Origin: an uncultured Flavobacteriaceae bacterium
Lineage (GTDB): Bacteria; Bacteroidota; Bacteroidia; Flavobacteriales; Flavobacteriaceae
Assembly: GCA_937924845.1 (NCBI GenBank)
Contig: CALDUQ010000042.1
Span: forward strand, 15,184 to 79,183
Reading direction: 5' to 3'
Length of the DNA stretch: 64,000 nt
Part shown: in pieces, positions 1-9,209 of the stretch
Layout of the letters: every line of letters begins with the position of its first letter
How positions within the stretch are numbered: position 1 is the stretch's first letter
Translations under genes and position numbers: made by a program
Notes under the pieces: model-generated
What the model saw: only the letters and a program-made list of their open reading frames with translations
Databases searched by the model: none
Told to the model about the DNA's origin: nothing

Positions 1-2340
1 TGTAACTATAAATTACAAGGTACTGTAATTGATATTCATGATAATACGCTTTTAGCTGATGCATTACTTACCATAAATAATTTTGAATCGTCATTTAAAA
101 GCGATTCAAAAGGCAATTATATCATTACAAACCTATGTAAAGGCAATTATAATTTGCAAGTTTCACATCCATCATGTGACCTTAAAAGCATGACTATAAA
201 AATTGATGGTAACACCAAAAAAAACATAAAACTTGAACACCATCTAGAAGAATTAAACCAAATACGCATTAGCGCTAAAGCATACAGTAGCAAAAATAGT
301 ACTTCAAAAAACCTAACACTAAACAGTAGCCTGCTTGAAGATAATAGTTCAAAATCATTGGGCGATATATTAAATACATTAAGCGGTGTATCCTCATTAA
401 ATACGGGCAATACCATTGTAAAGCCAATAATTAATGGTTTACACAGTAGCCGAATTACAATAATAAACGACGGCGTAAGATTACAAGATCAAGAATGGGG
501 TGCTGAACACGCTCCGAATATTGACGTAAACACTATTGGTAATATTACCGTAATAAAAGGCGCTAGTGCATTACAATATAGTGGTGATGCTATTGGTGGT
601 GTGATTATAAATGAAACTCAAAAAACACCTGTAAAAGACACTATTTACGGAAAAACAAATATAACCGCTGCAACTAACGGACGTGGCGGAACACTAAATT
701 CACAACTCACAAAAACTTATAAAACTGGCTGGTACACAACATTACAAGCTAGCTTAAAACGATATGGCGATTATGAAACCCCAAAATATGTATTGAGCAA
801 TACAGGCTTATCTTCACAAAACGGATCGCTAAAATTAGGTTATAACAACTATAATTACGGTTTTGAAGCATTTTATTCTTATTTCAAAAATGAAATAGGA
901 ATTTTAAACGCATCTCACCTTGGAGGTGCCGAAGATCAAATAAGAGCATTAGCTAGTGACTCGCCTTTAATTATTAATGACTTTACTTACACTATAAATG
1001 CTCCAAAACAAAAGGTAACTCACCAAGTTGCTAGGTTAAAATTATATAAAAATTTTAATGGCTTCGGAAAATTATCCTTACAATATGATTATCAAAATAA
1101 TAACCGATTAGAATTTGATAATAGACGTGGTATAGATGATGACCAAGCAGCGCTAGATTTAGATTTAAAAACTCATGCCTTACAACTTAATTTAAAATCT
1201 AAATTAAGTACTGGTACTAACTTAAAAGCAGGTATAATAACATCAATTCAGGATAATTTTAGCAACCCCAATACAGGTATAAAACGCCTAATCCCTGATT
1301 ATGATTTACAAAAAATTGGTGGCTATATAATAATTGATCATACCATAAACGACAATTTACTACTAGAAGCAGGTACGCGTATAGATTATACAAAAATGGA
1401 TGTATATAAATTTTATAGAACATCATTTTGGGAATCAAGAAATTACGACACTATTTTTCCTGAGTTGGTAATAGAAACCTATCCTACCCAAATTTTAACA
1501 AATCCAAAACTAGATTATACTAATATTTCTGCAACCCTAGGCGCAAGATATAACATAACTAAAAATTTAAAATTATATGTCAATTATGCCTTAGCATCAA
1601 GACCTCCAAATGTGTCTGAATTGTTTAGTGAAGGTCTACATCAATCGGCATCACGAATTGAATTAGGAGATTTACAATTTAACTCCGAAATAAGTCAAAA
1701 ACTCTCACTAACTATAGATGGTGACTATGATAATTTTTCGTTTTCAGTTCAACCTTTTAGTAATACAATTACCGATTTTATTGTGATTGAACCCACAGGA
1801 GTACAACAAACTATAAGAGGTAATTTTCAGGTTTGGGAATACCGTCAAACTAATGCTAGATTATTGGGTGTTGATGTAGATACTAATTTTAAAATAACAG
1901 ATAATTTTAATTTTATAAATCAATTATCGGTAGTTAAAGGCTATGATAACACATTAAAAACAGCCTTAATTAACTTCCCCCCTGTTAATACAACTAATCA
2001 AATTGTTTATCAAAATCAAAAACTTAATAATTTAAGTTTAGGACTAACAAGCGAATATCATTTTAAACAAAATGAATACCCAAATACAAATTTCGAAATA
2101 TTTAATCCCATAACACAATCTAACCAGTTAATTGATATAAGTACACCACCAAATGCCTATCACCTATTACATTTTAACTCTAAAATAGATTTTGATGTGT
2201 TTAAGCACTCAAAACTAAGCCTAGGATTAACAGTACAAAACATTTTAAATACAAACTACAGAAACTACCTAAATAGATTTCGGTTTTATGCCGATGATTT
2301 AGGTCGATCTATACAATTAAACATAAACCTTAATTATTAA
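1..2340 (+). CDS. TonB-dependent receptor (5' end lies upstream of the window)
   Basis: Frame 1 is open from base 1 (CNYKLQGTVIDIHDN..SDSKGNYIITNLCKGNYNLQV, a CarboxypepD_reg-like N-domain). Plug region NTLSGVSSLNTGNTIVKPIINGLHSSRITIINDGVRLQDQEWG. Long beta-barrel-like C-terminal part ending in aromatic ..NINLNY. Confidence 0.85.
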   Translation, partial: CNYKLQGTVIDIHDNTLLADALLTINNFESSFKSDSKGNYIITNLCKGNYNLQVSHPSCDLKSMTIKIDGNTKKNIKLEHHLEELNQIRISAKAYSSKNSTSKNLTLNSSLLEDNSSKSLGDILNTLSGVSSLNTGNTIVKPIINGLHSSRITIINDGVRLQDQEWGAEHAPNIDVNTIGNITVIKGASALQYSGDAIGGVIINETQKTPVKDTIYGKTNITAATNGRGGTLNSQLTKTYKTGWYTTLQASLKRYGDYETPKYVLSNTGLSSQNGSLKLGYNNYNYGFEAFYSYFKNEIGILNASHLGGAEDQIRALASDSPLIINDFTYTINAPKQKVTHQVARLKLYKNFNGFGKLSLQYDYQNNNRLEFDNRRGIDDDQAALDLDLKTHALQLNLKSKLSTGTNLKAGIITSIQDNFSNPNTGIKRLIPDYDLQKIGGYIIIDHTINDNLLLEAGTRIDYTKMDVYKFYRTSFWESRNYDTIFPELVIETYPTQILTNPKLDYTNISATLGARYNITKNLKLYVNYALASRPPNVSELFSEGLHQSASRIELGDLQFNSEISQKLSLTIDGDYDNFSFSVQPFSNTITDFIVIEPTGVQQTIRGNFQVWEYRQTNARLLGVDVDTNFKITDNFNFINQLSVVKGYDNTLKTALINFPPVNTTNQIVYQNQKLNNLSLGLTSEYHFKQNEYPNTNFEIFNPITQSNQLIDISTPPNAYHLLHFNSKIDFDVFKHSKLSLGLTVQNILNTNYRNYLNRFRFYADDLGRSIQLNINLNY

Positions 2341-2357
2341 TATTAATTTATTTTAAC

Positions 2358-2915
2358 ATGAAAACTTTAAAAATCAAATCATTTGCAATTGCAGCATTAG
2401 TAGTATTAGCATCATGTAACAATGACGATGACAATACACCCGAATTAATTAATGAAGAAGAAGTTATTACCACAATGACTGTGACTTTAACCTCAACTGG
2501 TAACAATGACGTAATCACCCTAAAAACGCAAGATCTAGATGGTGATGGTCCAAATGAGCCCGTTGTTAGCGTATCAAGCAATTTAGTTGCAGGAACAATT
2601 TATAATGGCAGCATTACAGTAGAAAATGAAACTGTTAGCCCAGCAGAAGATATTACTGAAGAAGTAATTGAAGAAGCTGAAGAACACCAATTTTTTTATA
2701 CACCAGATGCTAATTTAGACATTACTACAGCGTATACTAGTTTAGATTCTAACGGTGATAATCTTGGTACAACATTTACGCTAACGGCAAACCAAGCAAG
2801 TACAGGTAATCTTACAATTACGCTACGTCACTTGCCAACAAAACCTAATACAGGTATTGATGATGCTGGCGGAGAAACTGATATTACAGCATCATTTAAT
2901 ATTGAAATTCAGTAA
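2358..2915 (+). CDS. acidic lipoprotein co-encoded with the TonB-dependent receptor (function unknown)
   Basis: Signal peptide plus lipobox (..VVLASC NNDDD). Starts 18 nt after the receptor stop and is followed by a strong terminator. Asp/Glu/Thr-rich mature part. Confidence 0.6.
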   Translation: MKTLKIKSFAIAALVVLASCNNDDDNTPELINEEEVITTMTVTLTSTGNNDVITLKTQDLDGDGPNEPVVSVSSNLVAGTIYNGSITVENETVSPAEDITEEVIEEAEEHQFFYTPDANLDITTAYTSLDSNGDNLGTTFTLTANQASTGNLTITLRHLPTKPNTGIDDAGGETDITASFNIEIQ

Positions 2916-2939
2916 ATTATAGTTAAAATAAAATATTAA

Positions 2940-2969
2940 GCCAACCTCAACAAAGGTTGGCTTTTTTTT
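2940..2969. terminator. rho-independent terminator (bidirectional, between convergent genes)
   Basis: GCCAACCT-caacaa-AGGTTGGC followed by T8. A second small hairpin, ATTCCTT-tgaaaa-AAGGAAT, lies at 2973-2992. Confidence 0.7.
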
Positions 2970-3007
2970 ATAATTCCTTTGAAAAAAGGAATCAAAATAA
3001 AAAATAA

Positions 3008-4162
3008 TTACTCTTTAAATGGATGACGTTCTTGCCAATCTCTAACAGGGTTAGCGTACTTTACGGTATATTTTAAAATAAAATTAATAACATAACTACC
3101 TGTATATTTTAAATACACAAACATATCATGAGGCTTTGCTCCTATACTGCTTTTAATTTCTAAGGCTGTACGTGCAAAAACAATGTGTTTAAAATTATAA
3201 TTGTAGCCAAATGCCGCCATATCATAAAGCATGTTTAAATACAATTGATACTTGTGTTGATAACTAGGATTGTAACCCAAAAAATAAGTTTCGAGCGTAT
3301 CGTTATTCAAAATCAATGTGTAAAAACCAATTAGTTCGTCCTCCAAAAAATAACCAAAAACTTTAAAATTATCCTGCAAATGTGTTTTAAGGCTTACAAA
3401 ATGTTTTTTAGAGAGCTTAAACGTGTTTACAGCAGCATTGTTTGATACATTATCATATAATTGGTATAATTGGGCTGACAAGTTATTAATGGTGGCTAAA
3501 TCAAGCTCTTTACAAATTATAGGTTTAGCTTTTTTTCTGGCAGTTCTATAACGTCGTCTGTACTTTTTATTAAATGCGCTAACATAGGCGTCAAACGAAT
3601 TGTAATTGTTTTTAAAAAGCATATTTGGCTGTAAATTGGCTTTAAAAAACTTGTTAGCATTAAAGCTATTTTGGCTTTCGCCAGAACAGTGTTTCTCAAA
3701 AAAATCTTTATAAACAATAAGTTTAATTCTAATATTTTGAGTTTCAAATAAGTCTTTCCGCAAGGCAATAATAGCCATATTAATAACTTTTAAAACCTCA
3801 GCTTGACAAACCACGTTTTCGTTAAACTTAAAGCCATGTTGACCTGTATGCATTAAATTACCAACAATTAAGGCAGTACCTTTTAAAAATTGTGAAATAA
3901 TTGTGTTACCAAATCGTTTTAAAACTTTAACAGATGGTTTTTTAAAAGCGTTACTAAAATTGATTTGTAAATGCTGTACTAAAGCAATACCAACTAAATC
4001 AGCATTTAAAAATATACCTACAAAATACAGCTGAATGTTATTGGGTGAAGATTGTTCTAAAGCTTTTAAAAAATGGACACTCAAAAATATATCATCACCA
4101 GCAATATGGCTCCATGACTTTGGAACGTTGGCAATAGATTTATAAATTTGATATGTCATCAT
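3008..4162 (-). CDS. FemAB-like / GNAT-fold acyltransferase family protein (Acetyltransf_6/DUF482-like)
   Basis: Roughly 385-aa ORF. The C-terminal half (..LIGFYTLILNNDTLETYFLGYNPSYQHKYQLYLNMLYDMAAFGYNYNFKHIVFARTALEIKSSIGAKP) resembles this family as I recall it. Start moved to the MMTYQIYKSI.. ATG pair at 4162/4159. Family assignment is tentative. Confidence 0.5.
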   Translation of the reverse strand: MMTYQIYKSIANVPKSWSHIAGDDIFLSVHFLKALEQSSPNNIQLYFVGIFLNADLVGIALVQHLQINFSNAFKKPSVKVLKRFGNTIISQFLKGTALIVGNLMHTGQHGFKFNENVVCQAEVLKVINMAIIALRKDLFETQNIRIKLIVYKDFFEKHCSGESQNSFNANKFFKANLQPNMLFKNNYNSFDAYVSAFNKKYRRRYRTARKKAKPIICKELDLATINNLSAQLYQLYDNVSNNAAVNTFKLSKKHFVSLKTHLQDNFKVFGYFLEDELIGFYTLILNNDTLETYFLGYNPSYQHKYQLYLNMLYDMAAFGYNYNFKHIVFARTALEIKSSIGAKPHDMFVYLKYTGSYVINFILKYTVKYANPVRDWQERHPFKE

Positions 4163-4225
4163 AAAAAAAAGTAAGGCCAAAAACATTAAGTGCTTTTAGC
4201 CTTATAAATTATTATAAAGTAAAAA

Positions 4226-4702
4226 TTAAACCCAACCTGCAATAATGGCACCCATAATGCCTAAACAGACTACCCAGTAACCTGTGTTTATAAAAATATA
4301 TTTGGCATTTTTACGCTCAAACAATGCGTTAATACCAATAATAGGCAATACCATCATAACACCAGCCATGGCACCATGTAAAAAACCATGTTTAAAACTA
4401 CGGTATTTACCAGCCCACTCTTGCATAAAAGCTTGTGTTGTAACACCATTTAAATCACCCTCGGTCATACCATAAACGCCCAACTCATGAATGACTAAAA
4501 AGTTAGTAAAAAATGACAATAAAAAAGATAACAGTAATGATACTCCAAAAATAACTAGCATGTTACCGCTTTTAAGTTTAATTTCGGTCATTTCTGCGGC
4601 TTTCATCCATGATTTTCCAAAAACTTTAGGATTATACCAAACAAAACCTAAAAGCATAGGTACAAGTGCAGCGACAAAATTTGCTAAATAATTAAAATTC
4701 AT
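4226..4702 (-). CDS. DUF1761 family membrane protein
   Basis: MNFNYLANFVAALVPMLLGFVWYNPKVFGKSWMKAAEMT.. is a typical DUF1761 N-terminus. Four predicted TM helices. Confidence 0.7.
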   Translation of the reverse strand: MNFNYLANFVAALVPMLLGFVWYNPKVFGKSWMKAAEMTEIKLKSGNMLVIFGVSLLLSFLLSFFTNFLVIHELGVYGMTEGDLNGVTTQAFMQEWAGKYRSFKHGFLHGAMAGVMMVLPIIGINALFERKNAKYIFINTGYWVVCLGIMGAIIAGWV

Positions 4703-4768
4703 GATTTTAAAATTTAAGTTTTTATAAATATACTAATTATAGCCTATAACGGTAATTAAACTAAAAAA

Positions 4769-4956
4769 TTACCAATCACCACTAGCGCCTCCCCCTCCAG
4801 AACCACCACCGCCACCAGAAAAACTACTACTAGATGATGATGAATAACTTGAACTTGATGAGCTTTAACTATATGTAAATTTATGTGGTAATTTAATAGT
4901 ATTACTAAAAAAAGAAAAACCAAAATTGTTATCCTTTTAAACATTATAAAAAGCAA
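4769..4956 (-). pseudogene. frame-broken small ORF: TM segment followed (in another frame) by a Ser/Gly-rich tail ..GGGGASGDW*
   Basis: The ATG at 4944 gives MFKRITILVFLFLVILLNYHINLHIV.. The annotated frame then runs on G-ending codons (gtg gcg gtg gtg gtt ctg gag ggg) that are atypical here. The adjacent frame reads SSSSSSYSSSSSSSFSGGGGGSGGGGASGDW with its stop at 4769-4771, but is closed upstream by a TAA at 4865-4867. Confidence 0.35.
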
Positions 4957-5167
4957 AAATTATAACATCACTAAACAGTATACTATAAAAACATGGCTAA
5001 CCTTAAAGTTTATAAACGTTTTTAAAAAAAAGAATCCACCAGTATAGCTCCTATAGCAAGTAGTGGTCCAATTAATTACTATAAAGCAAATTAAAAGAAA
5101 AGTAATTGGTAGATAAAATATTAACCTTATCTGTAACCATTTTTGCCAAATAAAAACCTATATAACA

Positions 5168-7177
5168 TTATATAGTTTTAGCTTCATTTACTAAAAGTTC
5201 ATTAGCATCAACCAAAGCTTTTTCGATAAAATCATTAATAGTTTCGTTACGTTCTAATCCGTTTTTAAGCTTCACTTTTAAAACAAGTAAGGCTGCAATA
5301 CGCGTACCTACTTTTTTAACTGCTGTAGCAAACAAGGGTTCCAAATCGGTATAATCAATTTGAGTTGCCAATGTTTCTATTTCGCTTTTAGCTTTAAGTT
5401 GTTTTGCTTCTGGTAAGTTGGTGTATTTTTTACCCAACTGTTTAACCACATCAATTGGTTTACGTTGTGATTTTTGATTAGGCTTCGCCTGATTTTGATT
5501 ATTTTGATTGGCTTTTGGCTTTTGTTTAGCCCATGAATCTTTTAAACCAACCGTTTTATTAAATACCAAATTTGAAGTTGTTGAACTGTTATCAACATTA
5601 AAATAACCTAAACGCTGAAATTGAAACGACTGTTCTGGTTTAACATCGCGTAAGCTAGGTTCTAAATATGCGGTTGACACTTTTAAGGAATTAGGATTAA
5701 TAAATTCCATAAAATCTTTATCAACATGGCCATCTGGTGTTTCATTATTAAATAAACGATCGTAAGCTCGTATTTCGGCAGTAATTGCATGTTTTATAGA
5801 CACCCAATGTAAGGTACCTTTTACTTTTTTAGACGTATCGGTATCGTAAGTACAATGCACTTCAGTAATATTACCATTTGCATCTTTAATGACATCATTA
5901 GCTTTAATAATGTAAGCGTTTTTTAAACGTACCTCTCCGCCCAATTTTAATCTAAAAAACTTGTTACTAGCTTCTTCTTTAAAATCGTCTTGCTCAATAT
6001 AAATGGTTTTAGAAAATGGCACTTTTCTAGATCCTGCTTCAGGTTTTTCAGGATTATTTTCGGCGTCAAGCCACTCTTCTTTATCATCTGGATAATTGGT
6101 AATAACCAATTTTAACGGATTTAATACCGCCATTACCCTATTTGCATTTTTATTTAAATCCTCTCTAACACAAAATTCAAGTAGTGACACATCAATAATA
6201 TTATCACGTTTAGCAACGCCTACCGTCTCAACAAATTTACGTAACGATGCTGGTGTGTAACCACGACGTCGTAAACCCGAAATGGTTGGCATTCGAGGAT
6301 CATCCCAACCAGTTACAACACCATCTTCGACCAAACGTAATAATTTACGTTTACTCATAATGGTATAACTTAAATTTAAACGTGCAAATTCGGTTTGTTG
6401 TGGTATTAGTGGTAATATATCTTTAGCAAATTTATAAACTTCATCTCTAAACCAATTATAAAGTTTACGATGAGGTTTAAACTCTAATGAACATAATGAA
6501 TGTGATACTTGTTCAATATAATCACTTTCGCCATGTGTCCAATCATACATTGGGTAAATACACCAATCATCGCCTGTACGGTGATGGGTTTTCTTTAAAA
6601 TACGATACATTAATGGGTCACGCATTAACATATTAGGATCTTCCATATCAATTTTGGCGCGTAATACATGGGTGCCTTCATCAAATTTACCTGCTTTCAT
6701 TTGCTCAAATAAAGCTAAATTTTCATCTACAGTTCGTTCTCTAAAAGGGCTATTTGTACCCACTTGGGTTGGTGTCCCTTTTTGTTCGGCAATTTGTGCA
6801 CTAGTTTGCGAATCGACATAAGCCTTACCATTTTTTATTAGTAATACAGCCCAGTTATATAAAGTATCAAAATAATCTGACGAATACACTTCATTAGCCC
6901 AATTATATCCCAACCATTTAATATCACGCTTAATAGCATCTACATATTCTTGCTCTTCTTTTGCAGGATTAGTATCATCAAAACGTAAATTTACTGGTGC
7001 ATTATACTTTAAACCTAAACCAAAACTTATTCCAATGGCTTTAGTATGCCCAATGTGAAGATAGCCATTAGGCTCGGGCGGAAATCTAAAACGCAATTTA
7101 TCTTTAGAAAAACCGTTAGATAAATCAGTTTCTATAATGTGTTCGATAAAATTTAATGCTTTTGTTTCTTCAGACAT
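5168..7177 (-). CDS. glnS: glutamine--tRNA ligase with a ~117-aa C-terminal extension
   Basis: HIGH motif FPPEPNGYLHIGHTKA, MSK motif YTIMSKRKL, canonical end ..VFNKTVGLKDSWAK. Start placed at MSEETKALNFIEHII (ATG at 7177) rather than the upstream ATG at 7237. Confidence 0.93.
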   Translation of the reverse strand: MSEETKALNFIEHIIETDLSNGFSKDKLRFRFPPEPNGYLHIGHTKAIGISFGLGLKYNAPVNLRFDDTNPAKEEQEYVDAIKRDIKWLGYNWANEVYSSDYFDTLYNWAVLLIKNGKAYVDSQTSAQIAEQKGTPTQVGTNSPFRERTVDENLALFEQMKAGKFDEGTHVLRAKIDMEDPNMLMRDPLMYRILKKTHHRTGDDWCIYPMYDWTHGESDYIEQVSHSLCSLEFKPHRKLYNWFRDEVYKFAKDILPLIPQQTEFARLNLSYTIMSKRKLLRLVEDGVVTGWDDPRMPTISGLRRRGYTPASLRKFVETVGVAKRDNIIDVSLLEFCVREDLNKNANRVMAVLNPLKLVITNYPDDKEEWLDAENNPEKPEAGSRKVPFSKTIYIEQDDFKEEASNKFFRLKLGGEVRLKNAYIIKANDVIKDANGNITEVHCTYDTDTSKKVKGTLHWVSIKHAITAEIRAYDRLFNNETPDGHVDKDFMEFINPNSLKVSTAYLEPSLRDVKPEQSFQFQRLGYFNVDNSSTTSNLVFNKTVGLKDSWAKQKPKANQNNQNQAKPNQKSQRKPIDVVKQLGKKYTNLPEAKQLKAKSEIETLATQIDYTDLEPLFATAVKKVGTRIAALLVLKVKLKNGLERNETINDFIEKALVDANELLVNEAKTI

Positions 7178-7243
7178 AATAATTAGATGAGATACAAAAT
7201 TAGATAAATTTTTACTTAAATTTTTTACATAAAACAAAAAACT

Positions 7244-7648
7244 ATGAAAACAAAATACCCTATTTTTTTTGTACGTCTTTTATTTGGTATCATCTTTTTT
7301 TGGCAAGGCTACGGAAAACTATTTAAATGGACGATAACCGAGGTTTATGAATCGTCATTTAAATCTTACGAAAGTACTTTTTTACCCTATTTTTTATTAA
7401 ATTTTACAGCTTACTTTACCTCTATTGGCGAACTGTTTTTTGGTGTATTAGTTATTTTTGGCTTATTAAGAACTTATGCCTACTATGGTTTAGCTATAAT
7501 TTTACTAATAGTAAGTTTTGGTCATGGCCTACAAACGCCATTATGGGATTTACAACATGTATTTATAAGAACAGTGTTTTTAGTATTTTTAATGCTTATG
7601 TTTGATAAAGATAAAATTACATTAGACCATTTTTTAAAATTAAACTAA
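7244..7648 (+). CDS. DoxX-like membrane protein
   Basis: 134 aa, four hydrophobic helices, N-terminus ..FFVRLLFGIIFFWQGYGKLF typical of DoxX-type proteins. Confidence 0.55.
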   Translation: MKTKYPIFFVRLLFGIIFFWQGYGKLFKWTITEVYESSFKSYESTFLPYFLLNFTAYFTSIGELFFGVLVIFGLLRTYAYYGLAIILLIVSFGHGLQTPLWDLQHVFIRTVFLVFLMLMFDKDKITLDHFLKLN

Positions 7649-7649
7649 T

Positions 7650-8021
7650 ATGGGAGTTATAAAAGTTGATACAATAAAAGTATTTGCAAATCATGGTTGT
7701 TTATCCGAAGAAACACTAATTGGTAGTGATTATATTGTAAATTTAAAAATTAAAGCCAACTTAAAAGCATCATGCCTAAGCGATAATTTAAATGATACTG
7801 TAGATTATGTACTGCTTAATACTATTGTTAAAGAAGAAATGGCAATTGCATCAAAATTACTTGAAACCGTAGCAAAACGTATTATAAATCGTATTTTTAA
7901 TGATGCACCACAGGTGAAAAAAGCATGGGTTAGTGTTAGCAAAATTAACCCTCCGATAGGAGGTGATGTTAAAAAAGTAACCATAAAACTAAAAGAATCA
8001 CGAAAAAATATAATATTATAG
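7650..8021 (+). CDS. folB: dihydroneopterin aldolase
   Basis: IKVDTIKVFANHGCLSEETLIGSDYIVNLKI...DTVDYVLLNTIVKEEM.. matches the FolB fold pattern. 123 aa. Confidence 0.8.
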   Translation: MGVIKVDTIKVFANHGCLSEETLIGSDYIVNLKIKANLKASCLSDNLNDTVDYVLLNTIVKEEMAIASKLLETVAKRIINRIFNDAPQVKKAWVSVSKINPPIGGDVKKVTIKLKESRKNIIL

Positions 8022-8071
8022 TTAAGTGCGTATATTTTTTTTACATTTGCAATCGTTTTATTTCATACTAA

Positions 8072-8142
8072 GGCGCCTTGGCCGAGTGGCTAGGCAGAGG
8101 TCTGCAAAACCTTTTACAGCGGTTCGAATCCGCTAGGCGCCT
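8072..8142 (+). tRNA. tRNA-Cys (anticodon GCA)
   Basis: Cloverleaf folded by hand. Acceptor GGCGCCT/AGGCGCC. D arm GCC-gagtggcta-GGC. Anticodon stem GAGGT/ACCTT with loop cuGCAaa. T arm AGCGG-ttcgaat-CCGCT. Discriminator U73, as expected for tRNA-Cys. CCA is not encoded. Confidence 0.9.
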
Positions 8143-8150
8143 CAACAATT

Positions 8151-8185
8151 AAAAAAAAGCTCAGAATTTATCTGAGCTTTTTTTA
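8151..8185. terminator. bidirectional rho-independent terminator
   Basis: A8-AGCTCAGA-attta-TCTGAGCT-T6, lying between the tRNA-Cys gene and the convergent UDG-family gene. Confidence 0.7.
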
Positions 8186-8195
8186 TATAAAATAT

Positions 8196-8780
8196 CTAAT
8201 ATTTTGATAGTAAGGTTTTAATTTCTTTTTGCAATTCAGGAATAATTAATCGCCCAAACCATTCATTTTTTGCTTGCCAAATGTTGTTTCGAGGCGATGG
8301 GTGCGGTAATACAAAATATTTAGGTAGGTAAGCTGTATAATTTTTAACTGTTTCGGTTAATGTTTTTTTTGCATTAGTTTTTAAGTAATAATCTTGAGCA
8401 TATTTACCAATTAAAAGTACTAATTCAACTTGATTTAAATGATTAAACAGCCTATCGTGCCATAAAGGTGCACATTCTTTACGAGGTGGTAAATCGCCCG
8501 ATTTTCCTTTACCGGGGTAGCAAAATCCCATTGGGATAATGGCTATTTTTTGTGTATCATAAAACTCTTCCTTTTCAATATTCATCCATTTTCGCAAATT
8601 ATCGCCACTTTTATCGTCCCACGGAATACCTGTTTTATGTACTATACTGCCTGGTGCTTGACCAATAATTACAATTTTACTTTTAATACTTGCGGTAACA
8701 ATTGGACGAGGACCAAGTGCTAAATGTGCTTTACAAACACTACAATTTCTAATTTCAGCAAGTAGGTTTTCCATAAACAA
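8196..8780 (-). CDS. uracil-DNA glycosylase superfamily protein
   Basis: Motif A-like IIGQAPG and motif B-like LPHPSPRN. N-terminal CSVC cysteine pair. 194 aa. Confidence 0.75.
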   Translation of the reverse strand: MFMENLLAEIRNCSVCKAHLALGPRPIVTASIKSKIVIIGQAPGSIVHKTGIPWDDKSGDNLRKWMNIEKEEFYDTQKIAIIPMGFCYPGKGKSGDLPPRKECAPLWHDRLFNHLNQVELVLLIGKYAQDYYLKTNAKKTLTETVKNYTAYLPKYFVLPHPSPRNNIWQAKNEWFGRLIIPELQKEIKTLLSKY

Positions 8781-8844
8781 TAAAAATAAAAAGAGTTATT
8801 GACAAATTAGCAATAACTCTTTTATAAAATAAAATTTAAAGCAA

Positions 8845-9198
8845 TTAAGCAATCACTTCAGATTTGTGCATGCTAACTACAGCTAATACGGAAACCCCAT
8901 TTATCCAATAATAGTAAGCATCAATACCTTCAAAAGAAAATACAAATGGTGCTAAAATAAATACTATTGCAACCATAAAATCTACCATTAAATGTATTTT
9001 ATAAGATACCACCTTTATTGCTCCAAGATGATGGTCCGTTAATAGTGTTAAAATAAATGCGGCGATACCTGTAGCTACTGATAATTGAAGAGCTAAAGAA
9101 TGTGACTCTCCTAAACCTAATATAAATGGCAATACTATTAATGCAACAGCAACAGGATAGTCTAAAAATGCGTGAATTCGTTTTGTTATAAATTTCAT
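8845..9198 (-). CDS. small integral membrane protein (4 TM), function unknown
   Basis: 117-aa ORF, strongly hydrophobic throughout. No family recognised. Confidence 0.5.
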   Translation of the reverse strand: MKFITKRIHAFLDYPVAVALIVLPFILGLGESHSLALQLSVATGIAAFILTLLTDHHLGAIKVVSYKIHLMVDFMVAIVFILAPFVFSFEGIDAYYYWINGVSVLAVVSMHKSEVIA

Positions 9199-9209
9199 AA
9201 TCCTATATT

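Noticed and set aside
5168-7237. N-terminally extended ORF-track models for glnS (7237), lepA (47110), the M16 peptidase (42246), the LysE gene (14973), the DUF4197 gene (61699), parD (53629), umuC (27856) and the 23861 ORF.
   Set aside because: In each case a downstream ATG gives the conserved N-terminus or a proper signal peptide. It also removes an overlap with a neighbour or lies downstream of a -7 promoter box. The extensions are treated as artefacts of longest-ORF calling, not as novel N-terminal domains.
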